Shown: piece by piece, positions 10,433 to 19,100 of the stretch
Position numbering within the stretch: the first letter of the stretch is position 1
How the letters are laid out: each line of letters begins with the position of its first letter
Assembly: GCF_018409545.1 (NCBI RefSeq)
Contig: NZ_AP024563.1
Location: 922,755 to 946,754 of the forward strand
Reading direction: 5' to 3'
Origin: Allochromatium tepidum
GTDB lineage: Bacteria > Pseudomonadota > Gammaproteobacteria > Chromatiales > Chromatiaceae
DNA length: 24,000 nt
The notes under the pieces: model-generated
Seen by the model: only the letters and a program-made list of their open reading frames with translations
Told to the model about the DNA's origin: nothing
The model's database searches: none
Made by a program: the position numbers and the translations under genes

Positions 10433-11851
10433 ATGGCTAAGACGTACAACGCGGGCGTGAAAGAGTACCGCGAGACCTATTGGATGCCGAACTACACCCC
10501 GAAGGACTCGGACATCCTGGCCTGTTTCAAGATCACCCCGCAGGCGGGCGTGCCGCGTGAAGAGGCCGCCGCCGCTGTGGCCGCCGAATCTTCGACCGGC
10601 ACCTGGACCACGGTCTGGACCGACCTGCTGACCGACCTTGATTACTACAAGGGCCGCGCCTACGCCATCGAGGACGTGCCGGGCGACGACACCTGCTTCT
10701 ATGCCTTCATCGCCTATCCGATCGATCTGTTCGAGGAAGGCTCGGTCGTCAACGTCTTCACCTCGCTGGTCGGCAACGTGTTCGGCTTCAAGGCCGTGCG
10801 CGCCCTGCGTCTGGAAGACGTCCGCTTCCCGCTCGCCTATGTCATGACCTGCAACGGCCCGCCGCACGGCATCCAGGTCGAGCGCGACATCATGAACAAA
10901 TATGGTCGGCCGCTCTTGGGCTGCACCATCAAGCCCAAGCTGGGTCTGTCGGCCAAGAACTACGGGCGTGCGGTCTACGAGTGTCTGCGCGGCGGTCTTG
11001 ACTTCACCAAGGACGACGAAAACGTCAACTCGCAGCCCTTCATGCGCTGGCGTCAGCGGTTCGACTTCGTCATGGAAGCCATCCACAAGGCCGAGCGCGA
11101 GACCGGCGAGCGCAAGGGTCACTATCTGAACGTGACCGCGCCGACCCCGGAAGAGATGTACAAGCGCGCCGAGTACGCCAAGGAGATCGGCGCCCCGATC
11201 ATCATGCACGACTACATCACCGGCGGTTTCTGCGCCAACACGGGTCTGGCCCAGTGGTGCCGTGACAACGGCGTGCTGCTGCACATCCACCGCGCCATGC
11301 ACGCGGTCATGGACCGCAACCCGCACCACGGCATCCACTTCCGCGTCCTGACCAAGATCCTGCGTCTGTCGGGCGGCGATCACCTGCACACCGGCACCGT
11401 GGTCGGCAAGCTGGAAGGCGACCGCGCCTCCACCCTGGGCTGGATCGACCTGCTGCGTGAGAAGTACATCAAGGAAGACCGTTCGCGCGGTATCTTCTTC
11501 GACCAGGATTGGGGCTCCATGCCCGGTGCCTTCGCCGTCGCCTCCGGCGGTATCCATGTCTGGCACATGCCGGCGCTCGTGACCATCTTCGGTGACGACT
11601 CGGTGCTCCAGTTCGGCGGCGGCACCCTGGGTCATCCCTGGGGCAACGCGGCCGGCGCCTGCGCCAACCGTGTCGCGCTGGAAGCCTGCGTCGAGGCTCG
11701 CAACCAGGGCATCGCCATCGAGAAGGAAGGCAAGGACGTGCTCACCAAGGCCGCTGCGTCCAGTCCGGAACTCAAGATCGCCATGGAGACCTGGAAGGAG
11801 ATCAAGTTCGAGTTCGACACCGTCGACAAGCTGGATGTCGCCCATAAATGA
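10433..11851 (+). CDS. cbbL: RuBisCO large subunit, form IA
   Basis: 472 aa. AGAGGA lies 9 nt upstream of the [65 protein letters not shown]; active-site blocks [37 protein letters not shown] (carbamylated Lys), HIHRAMHAV and [12 protein letters not shown]. No cso/carboxysome genes are nearby and cbbQ/cbbO follow, so I read it as the IAq type. Confidence 0.98.
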   Translation: MAKTYNAGVKEYRETYWMPNYTPKDSDILACFKITPQAGVPREEAAAAVAAESSTGTWTTVWTDLLTDLDYYKGRAYAIEDVPGDDTCFYAFIAYPIDLFEEGSVVNVFTSLVGNVFGFKAVRALRLEDVRFPLAYVMTCNGPPHGIQVERDIMNKYGRPLLGCTIKPKLGLSAKNYGRAVYECLRGGLDFTKDDENVNSQPFMRWRQRFDFVMEAIHKAERETGERKGHYLNVTAPTPEEMYKRAEYAKEIGAPIIMHDYITGGFCANTGLAQWCRDNGVLLHIHRAMHAVMDRNPHHGIHFRVLTKILRLSGGDHLHTGTVVGKLEGDRASTLGWIDLLREKYIKEDRSRGIFFDQDWGSMPGAFAVASGGIHVWHMPALVTIFGDDSVLQFGGGTLGHPWGNAAGACANRVALEACVEARNQGIAIEKEGKDVLTKAAASSPELKIAMETWKEIKFEFDTVDKLDVAHK

Positions 11852-11876
11852 TTGATTTTATAGGCGCGGATTGAAA

Positions 11877-11904
11877 CGACAAGCTGGATATGGCACACCA
11901 ATAA
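11877..11904 (+). repeat. Vestigial second copy of the rbcL 3' terminus (last 8 codons plus stop) inside the cbbL-cbbS spacer
   Basis: CGACAAGCTGGAT at 11877-11889 is identical to 11824-11836 within cbbL. In the same codon phase the copy reads DKLDMAHQ-TAA, against the genuine end [11 protein letters not shown] (22 of 28 nt identical). A TGA sits immediately upstream (11872-11874), so the copy is not translated as part of anything. Confidence 0.55.
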
Positions 11905-11917
11905 TCTTGGTAATGCA

Positions 11918-11949
11918 GGAACCGCATCGACCATCATCGATGCGGTTCC
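11918..11949 (+). other. Perfect 13-bp stem / 6-nt loop hairpin between cbbL and cbbS
   Basis: GGAACCGCATCGA (11918-11930), loop CCATCA, TCGATGCGGTTCC (11937-11949). There is no U-tract after it (CCTCCACGCC follows), so it is more likely an mRNA stability, processing or pause element than an intrinsic terminator. Confidence 0.6.
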
Positions 11950-12018
11950 CCTCCACGCCGATCCGACACCATCCAACCATCGAACTACGAACAAACCAGA
12001 TTTCGGAGCATCACACCC

Positions 12019-12375
12019 ATGAGCGAAATGCAGGATTACAGTTCCAGCCTCGAAGACGTCAACAGCCGCAAGTTCGAGACCTTCTCCTACCTGCCGGCGA
12101 TGGATGCCGACCGCATCCGCAAGCAGGTCGAGTACATCGTCGGCAAGGGCTGGAATCCGGCCATCGAGCACACCGAGCCGGAAAATGCCTTCGACCACTA
12201 CTGGTACATGTGGAAGCTGCCGATGTTCGGTGAGACCAACGTCGACGCCATCCTCAAGGAAGCCGAGGCCTGCCACAAGGCGCACCCCAACAACCACGTG
12301 CGCCTGATCGGCTACGACAACTACGCCCAGTCCAAGGGCGCCGAGATGGTGGTCTATCGCGGCAAGCCGGTCTGA
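12019..12375 (+). CDS. cbbS: RuBisCO small subunit
   Basis: 118 aa. GGAG at 12005-12008. [37 protein letters not shown]...[12 protein letters not shown]...[14 protein letters not shown] is a typical form I small subunit. Confidence 0.96.
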   Translation: MSEMQDYSSSLEDVNSRKFETFSYLPAMDADRIRKQVEYIVGKGWNPAIEHTEPENAFDHYWYMWKLPMFGETNVDAILKEAEACHKAHPNNHVRLIGYDNYAQSKGAEMVVYRGKPV

Positions 12376-12388
12376 TCGACCGAGCTGT

Positions 12389-12409
12389 AGGGTACGCATG
12401 GCGTACCCT
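12389..12409 (+). other. 9-bp stem hairpin just downstream of cbbS
   Basis: AGGGTACGC-atg-GCGTACCCT, 14 nt after the cbbS stop, with no U-tract. Confidence 0.45.
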
Positions 12410-12435
12410 CTGCACCGCCGGCGGCTTTACACACG

Positions 12436-12475
12436 AGCCCCTGCTTCCTCATCGAAGGGGCAGGGGCTTCGTTTT
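12436..12475 (+). terminator. Candidate (leaky) intrinsic terminator between cbbS and cbbQ
   Basis: AGCCCCTGC (12436-12444) pairs with GCAGGGGCT (12460-12468) and can extend by G-U pairs. It is followed by TCGTTTTGT, with the T-run at 12472-12475. It sits 47 nt upstream of the cbbQ ATG. Confidence 0.5.
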
Positions 12476-12521
12476 GTCCGGGCTTTGCGTCAAACCATCG
12501 ACCCTGAAGGGGATCGCTTCC

Positions 12522-13328
12522 ATGTCAGACATCGACAGTACTCAATATCTGATTGACCAGGAACCCTACTACCGCCCCGTGAGCAACGAGGTGGCGCTCT
12601 ACGAAGCGGCCTATGCCGCGCGCATGCCGGTCATGCTCAAGGGACCGACCGGCTGCGGCAAGACGCGCTTCGTCGAATACATGGCCTGGAAACTCGGCAA
12701 GCCGCTGATCACCGTGGCCTGTAACGAGGACATGACCGCCTCGGATCTGGTCGGACGCTTCCTGCTCGACATCAACGGCACCAAGTGGCAGGACGGCCCG
12801 CTGACGGTCGCCGCGCGCATCGGTGCCATCTGCTATCTCGACGAAGTGGTCGAGGCCCGCCAGGACACCACGGTCGTCATCCATCCGCTCACCGACCATC
12901 GGCGCAACCTGCCGCTCGAAAAGAAGGGCGAACTGGTCACGGCCCATCCCGATTTCCAGATCGTCATCTCCTACAACCCCAACTATCAGAGCCTGATGAA
13001 GGATCTGAAGCAGTCGACCAAGCAGCGTTTCGGCGCGCTCGACTTCGACTATCCGACGGCCGAGATCGAGTCCGAGATCGTCGCCCACGAGGGTGGTGTG
13101 GACAAGGCGACCGCCGAGAAGCTGGTGCAGATCGCGCATCGCAGCCGCAACCTCAAGGGCCACGGACTCGATGAGGGCATGTCGACCCGTCTGCTGGTCT
13201 ATGCCGCGCAGCTCATCGGCAAGGGCGTCGAGCCGCAGGCGGCAGCCCAGATGGCGCTGGTGCGTCCGCTCACCGACGATCCCGACATGCGCGACACCCT
13301 GGACGCGGCGGTCAACACCTATTTCTGA
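12522..13328 (+). CDS. cbbQ: RuBisCO activase AAA+ subunit CbbQ (MoxR/NorQ family)
   Basis: I start it at ATG 12522 ([19 protein letters not shown], with GAAGGGGA upstream) rather than the track start 12474, which lies inside the terminator. This gives 268 aa. Walker A is GPTGCGKT and Walker B is CYLDEVVEA, followed by the conserved [11 protein letters not shown] block. Confidence 0.94.
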   Translation: MSDIDSTQYLIDQEPYYRPVSNEVALYEAAYAARMPVMLKGPTGCGKTRFVEYMAWKLGKPLITVACNEDMTASDLVGRFLLDINGTKWQDGPLTVAARIGAICYLDEVVEARQDTTVVIHPLTDHRRNLPLEKKGELVTAHPDFQIVISYNPNYQSLMKDLKQSTKQRFGALDFDYPTAEIESEIVAHEGGVDKATAEKLVQIAHRSRNLKGHGLDEGMSTRLLVYAAQLIGKGVEPQAAAQMALVRPLTDDPDMRDTLDAAVNTYF

Positions 13329-13364
13329 CGGCGGCTGGACGTTGCCGGCTGGGGGCTCCTACAG

Positions 13365-15740
13365 ATGACGATCGACTTCAGCGAATACCTCGCCTGCCTC
13401 AAGGCCGATCCAGCGCACGAGCACGCCCAGGCGCTGGAATCGAGCTATCACGAGGCCGCGCGGGTGATGTCCCCTCGGGGACTCGAACACTATCTGACCG
13501 GCATCCGCGCCCTGTGCGGCCTCAACAAGGGGTCGGATCTGGTGCTGACCTATGTCCAGGAGATGCCGGGCGTGGCCAAGGAGGTCGGCGAGGACATCAT
13601 CCCGGATATCGTCAGTTTCTTGATGAAGATGGCCTCGCACACCTCCGGTACCGTCATCATGCTGATGATGGCGACCATGCCGCTGGCGGCCAGCCGGCTC
13701 GGTGACATCGAGGTGATGCGCGGCTATCTCAATCTGCTCCATCAGCTCGCCGGTAAGGCTCCACGGGGCTTGAGACCCATGATGGAGAATATGGACGAGC
13801 TGCTCTCCAAGCTCACGCTCGGCGGACTGCGGCGCTGGGCGCTGTGGGGGGCGCAGGCCCATGCGCGCGACCTGGACGGTCAACTGGCCTATTTCGGACT
13901 CCAGACCGAGTCCTCGCGCTCGGTGTTGCAGAAGGAGCGGCGCGGCACGCTCTTCGTCGACAACCAGCGCAAGCTCAATTTCTATCTGCGCGCGCTCTGG
14001 GCGCGGGCTTTCTTCATGCGTCCGACCTCGGGCGATTATGAATCGCGTGTGGGACTCAAGCCTTTCATCGAAGACTTCCAGATCCATCTGCCCGACGCCT
14101 TCGACGCCTGGCGCGGGATCTCGGGGGTGGAACTCTATCGCGCGGCGGCGGCGCACTGCGCCGCGCACATGGTCTATACCACGGCACCCATCAGCGCCGA
14201 GCAGATCAATCCGGCGCAGCGCGTGCTCATCGGGCTGTTCGAGGACGCGCGTATCGAGTCGCTGGCGATCCGCGATTTTCCTGGGCTGAAAAAGCTTTGG
14301 CTCCAGTTCTTCACCGCGCCCGCCGGGGCCGATGAGCCGGGCGCGCGTCATCCGCTACTGGATCTGATGATGCGGCTGGCGCGGGCGCTGTTGGATGCCG
14401 ACTATCGCGATGCCGAGGCGCTCGTCAATGAGTCGGCGGACGCCTTCCGCGCGGCTTTCGCCGCCACGCCCGAGGACAACCGGATCAGTTGGATCGCCGG
14501 GGTCGAGTTCTACAACCGCGCGGTCCAGATCTGCGCCGTCCCCAGTCTGCGCATCCTGGAAGACTGGCCGATCCCCTATCGCGACGACAACGACTACGTC
14601 TGGGACTTCGACGAGAACCTGTTCATGACGCGCGGCGTGGACTATCTGCCCGCCAGCCGGCAGCAGGTGCGGCGCAACGTCAATGTCATGGAGATGGTCA
14701 ACGAGGTCGACTGCGAGCTGGCCGGCGACGACGCGCAGGAGATCTGGACCCTGTCGACGCCCTTCTGGCTCGATCAGGAGGGTTGCACCATCAATGAGCT
14801 GGAAGGCAAGGAGCCGGTCTCCGAGCCCTATCACTATCAGGAATGGGACTATCGGGTGCAGCTCCATCGCCCGGACTGGGCGACCGTGATCGAGCGTCGT
14901 CAGGGTCGCGGCGATCCCGAGACCATGGATGCCATCCTGACCAAGCACAAGCCGGTCGCCAGCCGTATCCGCCATCTGATCGACGCACTCCAGCCGCAGG
15001 GCATCGTGCGCCGGCGCGGCTACGAGGAAGGCGAGGAGCTGGATCTGAACGCCGCCGTGCGCGCCATGATCGACATCCGGCGCGGGGTCATGCCCGATCC
15101 GCGCATCAACATCCGCATCACGCGCCATGTGCGCGATCTGGCCATCCTGGTGCTGATGGATCTGTCGCAGTCGACCAACGAGAAGGTCGGGGTCAAGGAA
15201 GGCGAGCCGGGCTATGACGAGGCGCCGAGCATCCTGGATCTGACGCGCGAATCGACCGGGCTGCTGGCCTGGGCCATCGATTCCATTGGGGACAGTTTTG
15301 CCGTGCATGGCTTTGCCTCCGATGGCCGCCACGATGTCCAGTACTACCGCTTCAAGGACTTCGATCAGCCCTATGGCGACGAGGCCAAGTCGCGGCTCGC
15401 GGGCATGAAGGGCGGTCTCTCGACCCGCATGGGCGCGGCCCTGCGTCATGCCGGCCGGCATCTGAGCCAGCAGCCGGCACGGAAACGGCTGGTGCTGCTG
15501 ATCACCGACGGCGAGCCGGCCGACATCGACGAGCGCGACCCGCAGTATCTGCGCCACGATGCCAAGAAGGCGGTCGAGGATCTGCGCATGAAGGGCATCC
15601 ACACCTACTGTCTGACCCTCGACCCCGAGGCCGACCGCTATGTGGCGCGCATCTTCGGCGAGAACGCCTATTCGGTCGTCGATCAGGTCGAGCGGCTGCC
15701 TGAGCGGCTGCCGGCGGTGTTCGCGGCGCTGACGGGCTGA
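13365..15740 (+). CDS. cbbO: RuBisCO activase adaptor CbbO (C-terminal von Willebrand factor A domain)
   Basis: 791 aa, immediately after cbbQ. C-terminal vWA with MIDAS LVLMDLSQST ... HGFASDG ... LVLLITDGEPADID. The size and position are those of CbbO in cbbLSQO clusters. Confidence 0.9.
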   Translation: MTIDFSEYLACLKADPAHEHAQALESSYHEAARVMSPRGLEHYLTGIRALCGLNKGSDLVLTYVQEMPGVAKEVGEDIIPDIVSFLMKMASHTSGTVIMLMMATMPLAASRLGDIEVMRGYLNLLHQLAGKAPRGLRPMMENMDELLSKLTLGGLRRWALWGAQAHARDLDGQLAYFGLQTESSRSVLQKERRGTLFVDNQRKLNFYLRALWARAFFMRPTSGDYESRVGLKPFIEDFQIHLPDAFDAWRGISGVELYRAAAAHCAAHMVYTTAPISAEQINPAQRVLIGLFEDARIESLAIRDFPGLKKLWLQFFTAPAGADEPGARHPLLDLMMRLARALLDADYRDAEALVNESADAFRAAFAATPEDNRISWIAGVEFYNRAVQICAVPSLRILEDWPIPYRDDNDYVWDFDENLFMTRGVDYLPASRQQVRRNVNVMEMVNEVDCELAGDDAQEIWTLSTPFWLDQEGCTINELEGKEPVSEPYHYQEWDYRVQLHRPDWATVIERRQGRGDPETMDAILTKHKPVASRIRHLIDALQPQGIVRRRGYEEGEELDLNAAVRAMIDIRRGVMPDPRINIRITRHVRDLAILVLMDLSQSTNEKVGVKEGEPGYDEAPSILDLTRESTGLLAWAIDSIGDSFAVHGFASDGRHDVQYYRFKDFDQPYGDEAKSRLAGMKGGLSTRMGAALRHAGRHLSQQPARKRLVLLITDGEPADIDERDPQYLRHDAKKAVEDLRMKGIHTYCLTLDPEADRYVARIFGENAYSVVDQVERLPERLPAVFAALTG

Positions 15741-15893
15741 TCGACGGTTACAGACGATCGCATCGGCGTTGCCACGAAGGCGCTTCCCCACTCTCTCACT
15801 CTCTGCTTTTCCTTGCGTTCTATGAGTTTTTGCGGTTCAAATTGACGATTGTCAATTCATGGCTGCGGCGCGAACGCGGGGTTGGTGGAGAGC

Positions 15894-17570
15894 ATGGGAT
15901 TCGGGTTGATGAGTATCGCCATCGGTGCCGTCTCGGCATTGAGTGGTTTGGGACTCGTAGCGCTGATCGATGAGCTGTCGATTCCGGCCTTGGCCGGGAG
16001 CGCTGTCCTGTGGGTCTTTGTCGTGGTGTTGAACTGGCTCATTCTGAACGCCACGGTCGGTCGCCCCCTGGCCGCCCTGGATGCGACCCTGCAGGCCATG
16101 TACAGGGACGGCGATCTGTCGCGGCGCGTGTCCGTGCGCATCGGACCGACCCGGAGCTGTATCGAGCACTTCAATGCCCTGATCGAAAGCTTTCAGGGCA
16201 TCATCGGCAAAGTCATCTTCGACGCCGAGCGCCTCGCCAATACCGCCGATGTCCTCGCTGAGCACGCCCGCGCCGTGGCCGACGGCTCCAGTGCCCAGCG
16301 TCAGGCCTCGCTCAGTCTGGTCCAGATCATCGAACAGATGACCGCCGGCGTGGGCGCGGTCGCGGATCATGCCCATCTGACGGCCGAGAACGCCCAGGAT
16401 GCGCGCCGGCTCTCGCAGCAGGGGACACGCGCCGTCGCGGACGCCTCCGACGAGATCGAACGCATCGCCCTGTCGGTCGAGGAGTCCTCGAGGGTGATCG
16501 CGGCGCTCGGGGATCGCTCGCAGGCGATCGGCGGCATCGTGCAGGTCATCCGCGAGATCGCCGATCAGACCAATCTGCTGGCGCTCAACGCGGCCATCGA
16601 GGCCGCGCGTGCCGGCGAGCAGGGACGGGGCTTCGCGGTGGTGGCCGATGAGGTGCGCAACCTCGCCGTGCGCACCGCGCGCGCGACCAGCGAGATCGGC
16701 GCCATGATCGCGGCCATCCAGGACGAGACGCGCGCGGCCATCGGCTCCATCGGACGGGGCGCCGATCAAGCCCATGCCGGCGCCGAACTCGCGCGTCAGG
16801 CGGCCGATTCACTCGATCGCATCAACCAGGGCGCCCAGCAGACCATGGAGCGCATCGACGAGATCGCCTCGGCGATCGCCGATCAGAGCCGGGAGGCCGA
16901 TCGCGTGGTGGATCACGTCCGCGACATCATGTCCATGGTCGATCGCAACACCGCCGGCGCCGCCCAGACGCTCCAGGAGGCCCAAGAGCTGGAGAGTCTG
17001 GCCGTCAATCTGCATGAGATCAGCAAAGTCTTCCAGCTCGGTGAGACCGGCCGGCGCGCCATCGAGTGCCACCAGCGCATGCCGGCGGTCGTCCAGCGCG
17101 CCGCCGCCGAGATCGGGCGTCAGCTGGAGCAGGCGCTGGCGGCCGGTGAGATCGGCGAGGAGGCGCTCTTTTCGCCGAGCTACAGGCCCATCCCCAACAC
17201 CAACCCCAAGAAGTACAACACGGGCTTCGACAGCCTGACCGACCGGCTCTTCCCGCGCATCCAGGAGCCCATCCTGACCGATCACCCCGAGATCTTCTAT
17301 GCCGTCGGCTGTGACCGCAACGGCTATGTGCCCACGCACAATCAGCGTTTCTCGCAGCCCCTGACCGGCGATGAGGCCGTGGATCTGGCTCACAACCGGA
17401 CCAAGCGGATTTTCGACGATCCGGTCGGCAAGCAATGCGGGGCGCATGAGCTGCCGTTCCTGATCCAGACCTATCGGCGCGACACCGGCGAGATCATGCA
17501 CGACATCTCGGCGCCCGTGCGGGTGCGCGGGCGTCATTGGGGTGGTTTCCGGATCGGTTATCGGGCTTGA
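15894..17570 (+). CDS. Methyl-accepting chemotaxis protein with minimal periplasmic loop and an additional ~175-aa C-terminal domain
   Basis: Two TM segments ([23 protein letters not shown] and [22 protein letters not shown]) are separated by only about 7 residues, followed by a HAMP-like segment. The MCP signalling hairpin is [44 protein letters not shown]. Beyond the signalling domain there is a further domain: ...[17 protein letters not shown]...[25 protein letters not shown]...[12 protein letters not shown]...[36 protein letters not shown]. The start is uncertain (track TTG 15849, ATG 15894 or ATG 15909). Confidence 0.85.
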   Translation: MGFGLMSIAIGAVSALSGLGLVALIDELSIPALAGSAVLWVFVVVLNWLILNATVGRPLAALDATLQAMYRDGDLSRRVSVRIGPTRSCIEHFNALIESFQGIIGKVIFDAERLANTADVLAEHARAVADGSSAQRQASLSLVQIIEQMTAGVGAVADHAHLTAENAQDARRLSQQGTRAVADASDEIERIALSVEESSRVIAALGDRSQAIGGIVQVIREIADQTNLLALNAAIEAARAGEQGRGFAVVADEVRNLAVRTARATSEIGAMIAAIQDETRAAIGSIGRGADQAHAGAELARQAADSLDRINQGAQQTMERIDEIASAIADQSREADRVVDHVRDIMSMVDRNTAGAAQTLQEAQELESLAVNLHEISKVFQLGETGRRAIECHQRMPAVVQRAAAEIGRQLEQALAAGEIGEEALFSPSYRPIPNTNPKKYNTGFDSLTDRLFPRIQEPILTDHPEIFYAVGCDRNGYVPTHNQRFSQPLTGDEAVDLAHNRTKRIFDDPVGKQCGAHELPFLIQTYRRDTGEIMHDISAPVRVRGRHWGGFRIGYRA

Positions 17571-17572
17571 CC

Positions 17573-17624
17573 GACATCACAGACCAGCGGCGAGGCATTC
17601 GGATTCGCTCGAATCTGTGATGTC
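17573..17624 (+). terminator. Compound hairpin 3 nt after the MCP stop (terminator-like, no U-tract)
   Basis: GACATCACAGA (17573-17583) pairs with TCTGTGATGTC (17614-17624). The inner GATTCG/CGAATC stem is at 17602-17615. Confidence 0.35.
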
Positions 17625-17817
17625 CGTCGCGTTGAAGAGTGCCCCACTGAACTAAGCTGAAGGCGAAAGGAGAACGAACGACGGGGACGGACTCCCGACC
17701 CCCTTCGGCGATTGAACCCCGACCGGGTCGAGACCACATCCGCTCCCCAAGCCGCGCCAGTCCAGGTCGACGACGGAACATCCCGGCCAGCGCATCCGCC
17801 AACAAGGGAGCAGGGAC

Positions 17818-18003
17818 ATGACATACGTCTATCAGTGGTTCGGAGCGGTCAATGGGTGCGCTTTCCTGTACGGATGCATGTTGGGAATGGCCGCGCAGGC
17901 CGCCAGTCATCCGGGGTATCAGTGGCATGAGACCAAAGCACCGGTGTCGGAGTCGGCGCCTCATCAGCGGCTGGAGCCGGTGCCGGTCCCCAATCGATCC
18001 TGA
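17818..18003 (+). CDS. Hypothetical small protein (61 aa)
   Basis: Good SD (AAGGGAG at 17804-17810, 7 nt before the ATG). The hydrophobic N-terminus ends in AQA-AS, which is signal-peptide-like. I recognise no family. GC3 is about 72%, lower than in neighbouring genes, and the 3' 40 nt overlap the kinase remnant on the other strand. Confidence 0.3.
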   Translation: MTYVYQWFGAVNGCAFLYGCMLGMAAQAASHPGYQWHETKAPVSESAPHQRLEPVPVPNRS

Positions 18004-18640
18004 GCACGCTCGGCCGACCGGGCCAAGGGGAACTCCAGCCGAAACTCGGCCCCAGGCTCGGCGGATATGACCTCCACCCGCCCGCCCATGGCGCGGGTGA
18101 GTCGCTCGACCAGCGCCAGTCCGATGCCCGTTCCGGGGATCGCCTGGCGCTTGGCCACAGATCACCACGCTGGAAGATCCGTCGGCGCTGATCGCGCGAA
18201 TCCCCGGCCCGAAGTCACGCACACTCACCCGCAGACGTCCGTTGCCCAGCGTCTCGCCGCTGAGAGACGGATCACGCGCGTCTCGGCCCCGGCGGCGAAC
18301 TTGAGGGCGTTGTCGACCAGATTGATGAGGATCTGCACGAAGGCGTCCGGGTCGACCAGCAGCTCGTCCGCGCCGTCTTCGCCGCTCAGTTCCAGTCGGA
18401 AACCGGCGCGCTCGACCTGACTCGCGACCCGCTCGACCACCAGCGCCATCAATTCACCGATCGGCATGACGCGCGGCTCCAGCACCAGGGCATCGCGCCC
18501 GATGCGCGCCAGTTGCAGCACATTGGCGATGAGCCGCGACAGCCGCTCGCTCTCCTCGTGGATGAAGCGATAGTAGGTCGACTTGCGTTCCTCGCCGGCG
18601 AAACCGGCGCGCAACAACCGAACGCCTATCTGCAACCGCG
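17964..18640 (-). pseudogene. Sensor histidine kinase remnant (C-terminal half, at least 3 frameshifts, no H-box or sensor region)
   Basis: Frame a: ...AGFAGEERKSTYYRFIHEESERLSRLIANVLQLARIGRDALVLEPR...VDPDAFVQILINLVDNALKFAAGAETRVIR. Frame b: SLSGETLGNGRLRVSVRDFGPGI. Frame c: DQRRRIFQRG. Frame d: AKRQAIPGTGIGLALVERLTRAMGGRVEVISAEPGAEFRLEFPLA-stop. The N, G1 and G2 boxes are all present but out of frame with one another, with frame changes near 18270, 18205 and 18165. Confidence 0.75.
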
Positions 18641-18689
18641 CGACACGGCGGCGCGTGGGCGTCGGCTCAAGGACTCGGGCGCCGTCACC

Positions 18690-19100
18690 GCCGGCGCGGG
18701 GCGTCTGCTGCTGGTCGAGCGGTTGTGGCCGATTACGCATCGCGCGATGGCGGTCGGCTTCGACGAGCCGGTGCTGGGCAATACCTGGTGGGCGCTGCAA
18801 ACGGCGCTGACCGCCGAGCAGGAGCAGGTGTTGCTGCTGTGGCTCAACAGCACGCCCGCCCTGCTGCTGTTGCTGTCACGCCGGGTATCGACCCGAAGCG
18901 CCTGGATGCAGGTCAAAAAACCGGCCTGGGCCGCGATGCCGGTGCTCGACGTGCGCGCCCTGCCGGCTGAAACCCTGGCGACCCTGGCCCGTGCCTATGA
19001 ACGTCTGGCCGATGAACCGCTCGAAGCCCTGGCCAAGCTCCACGACGACCCGACCCGCGCCGCCATCGACACCGCTCTGGGGGGCGCGCTCGGCTGGCCG
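18690..19100 (+). pseudogene. C-terminal fragment of an unidentified larger protein (faintly reminiscent of the C-terminal region of DNA-methyltransferase/RM-type enzymes)
   Basis: GRLLLVERLWPITHRAMAVGFDEPVLGNTWWALQTALTAEQEQVLLLWLNSTPALLLLLSRRVSTRSAWMQVKKPAWAAMPVLDVRALPAETLATLARAYERLADEPLEALAKLHDDPTRAAIDTALGGALGWP. There is no plausible start or N-terminal domain. The LNS...(K/R)K....P(V/I)(L/P)D pattern is my only handle, so this is a recollection-level call. Confidence 0.3.

Noticed and set aside
12474-12521. Upstream TTG start for cbbQ given in the ORF track.
   Set aside because: It begins inside the T-run of the cbbS terminator and adds 16 non-conserved residues. ATG 12522 gives the canonical CbbQ N-terminus and length.
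15789-15804. Tandem CACTCTCT x2 as a repeat feature.
   Set aside because: Two copies of an 8-mer in a pyrimidine tract is trivial low complexity. I mention it only as context for the nearby palindrome.
17595-17620. TCGAATC-containing segment that superficially recalls a tRNA T-arm, raising the idea of a tRNA fragment or att site next to the decayed region.
   Set aside because: There is no matching T-stem, acceptor stem or CCA context on either strand. It is just the inner stem of the post-MCP hairpin.
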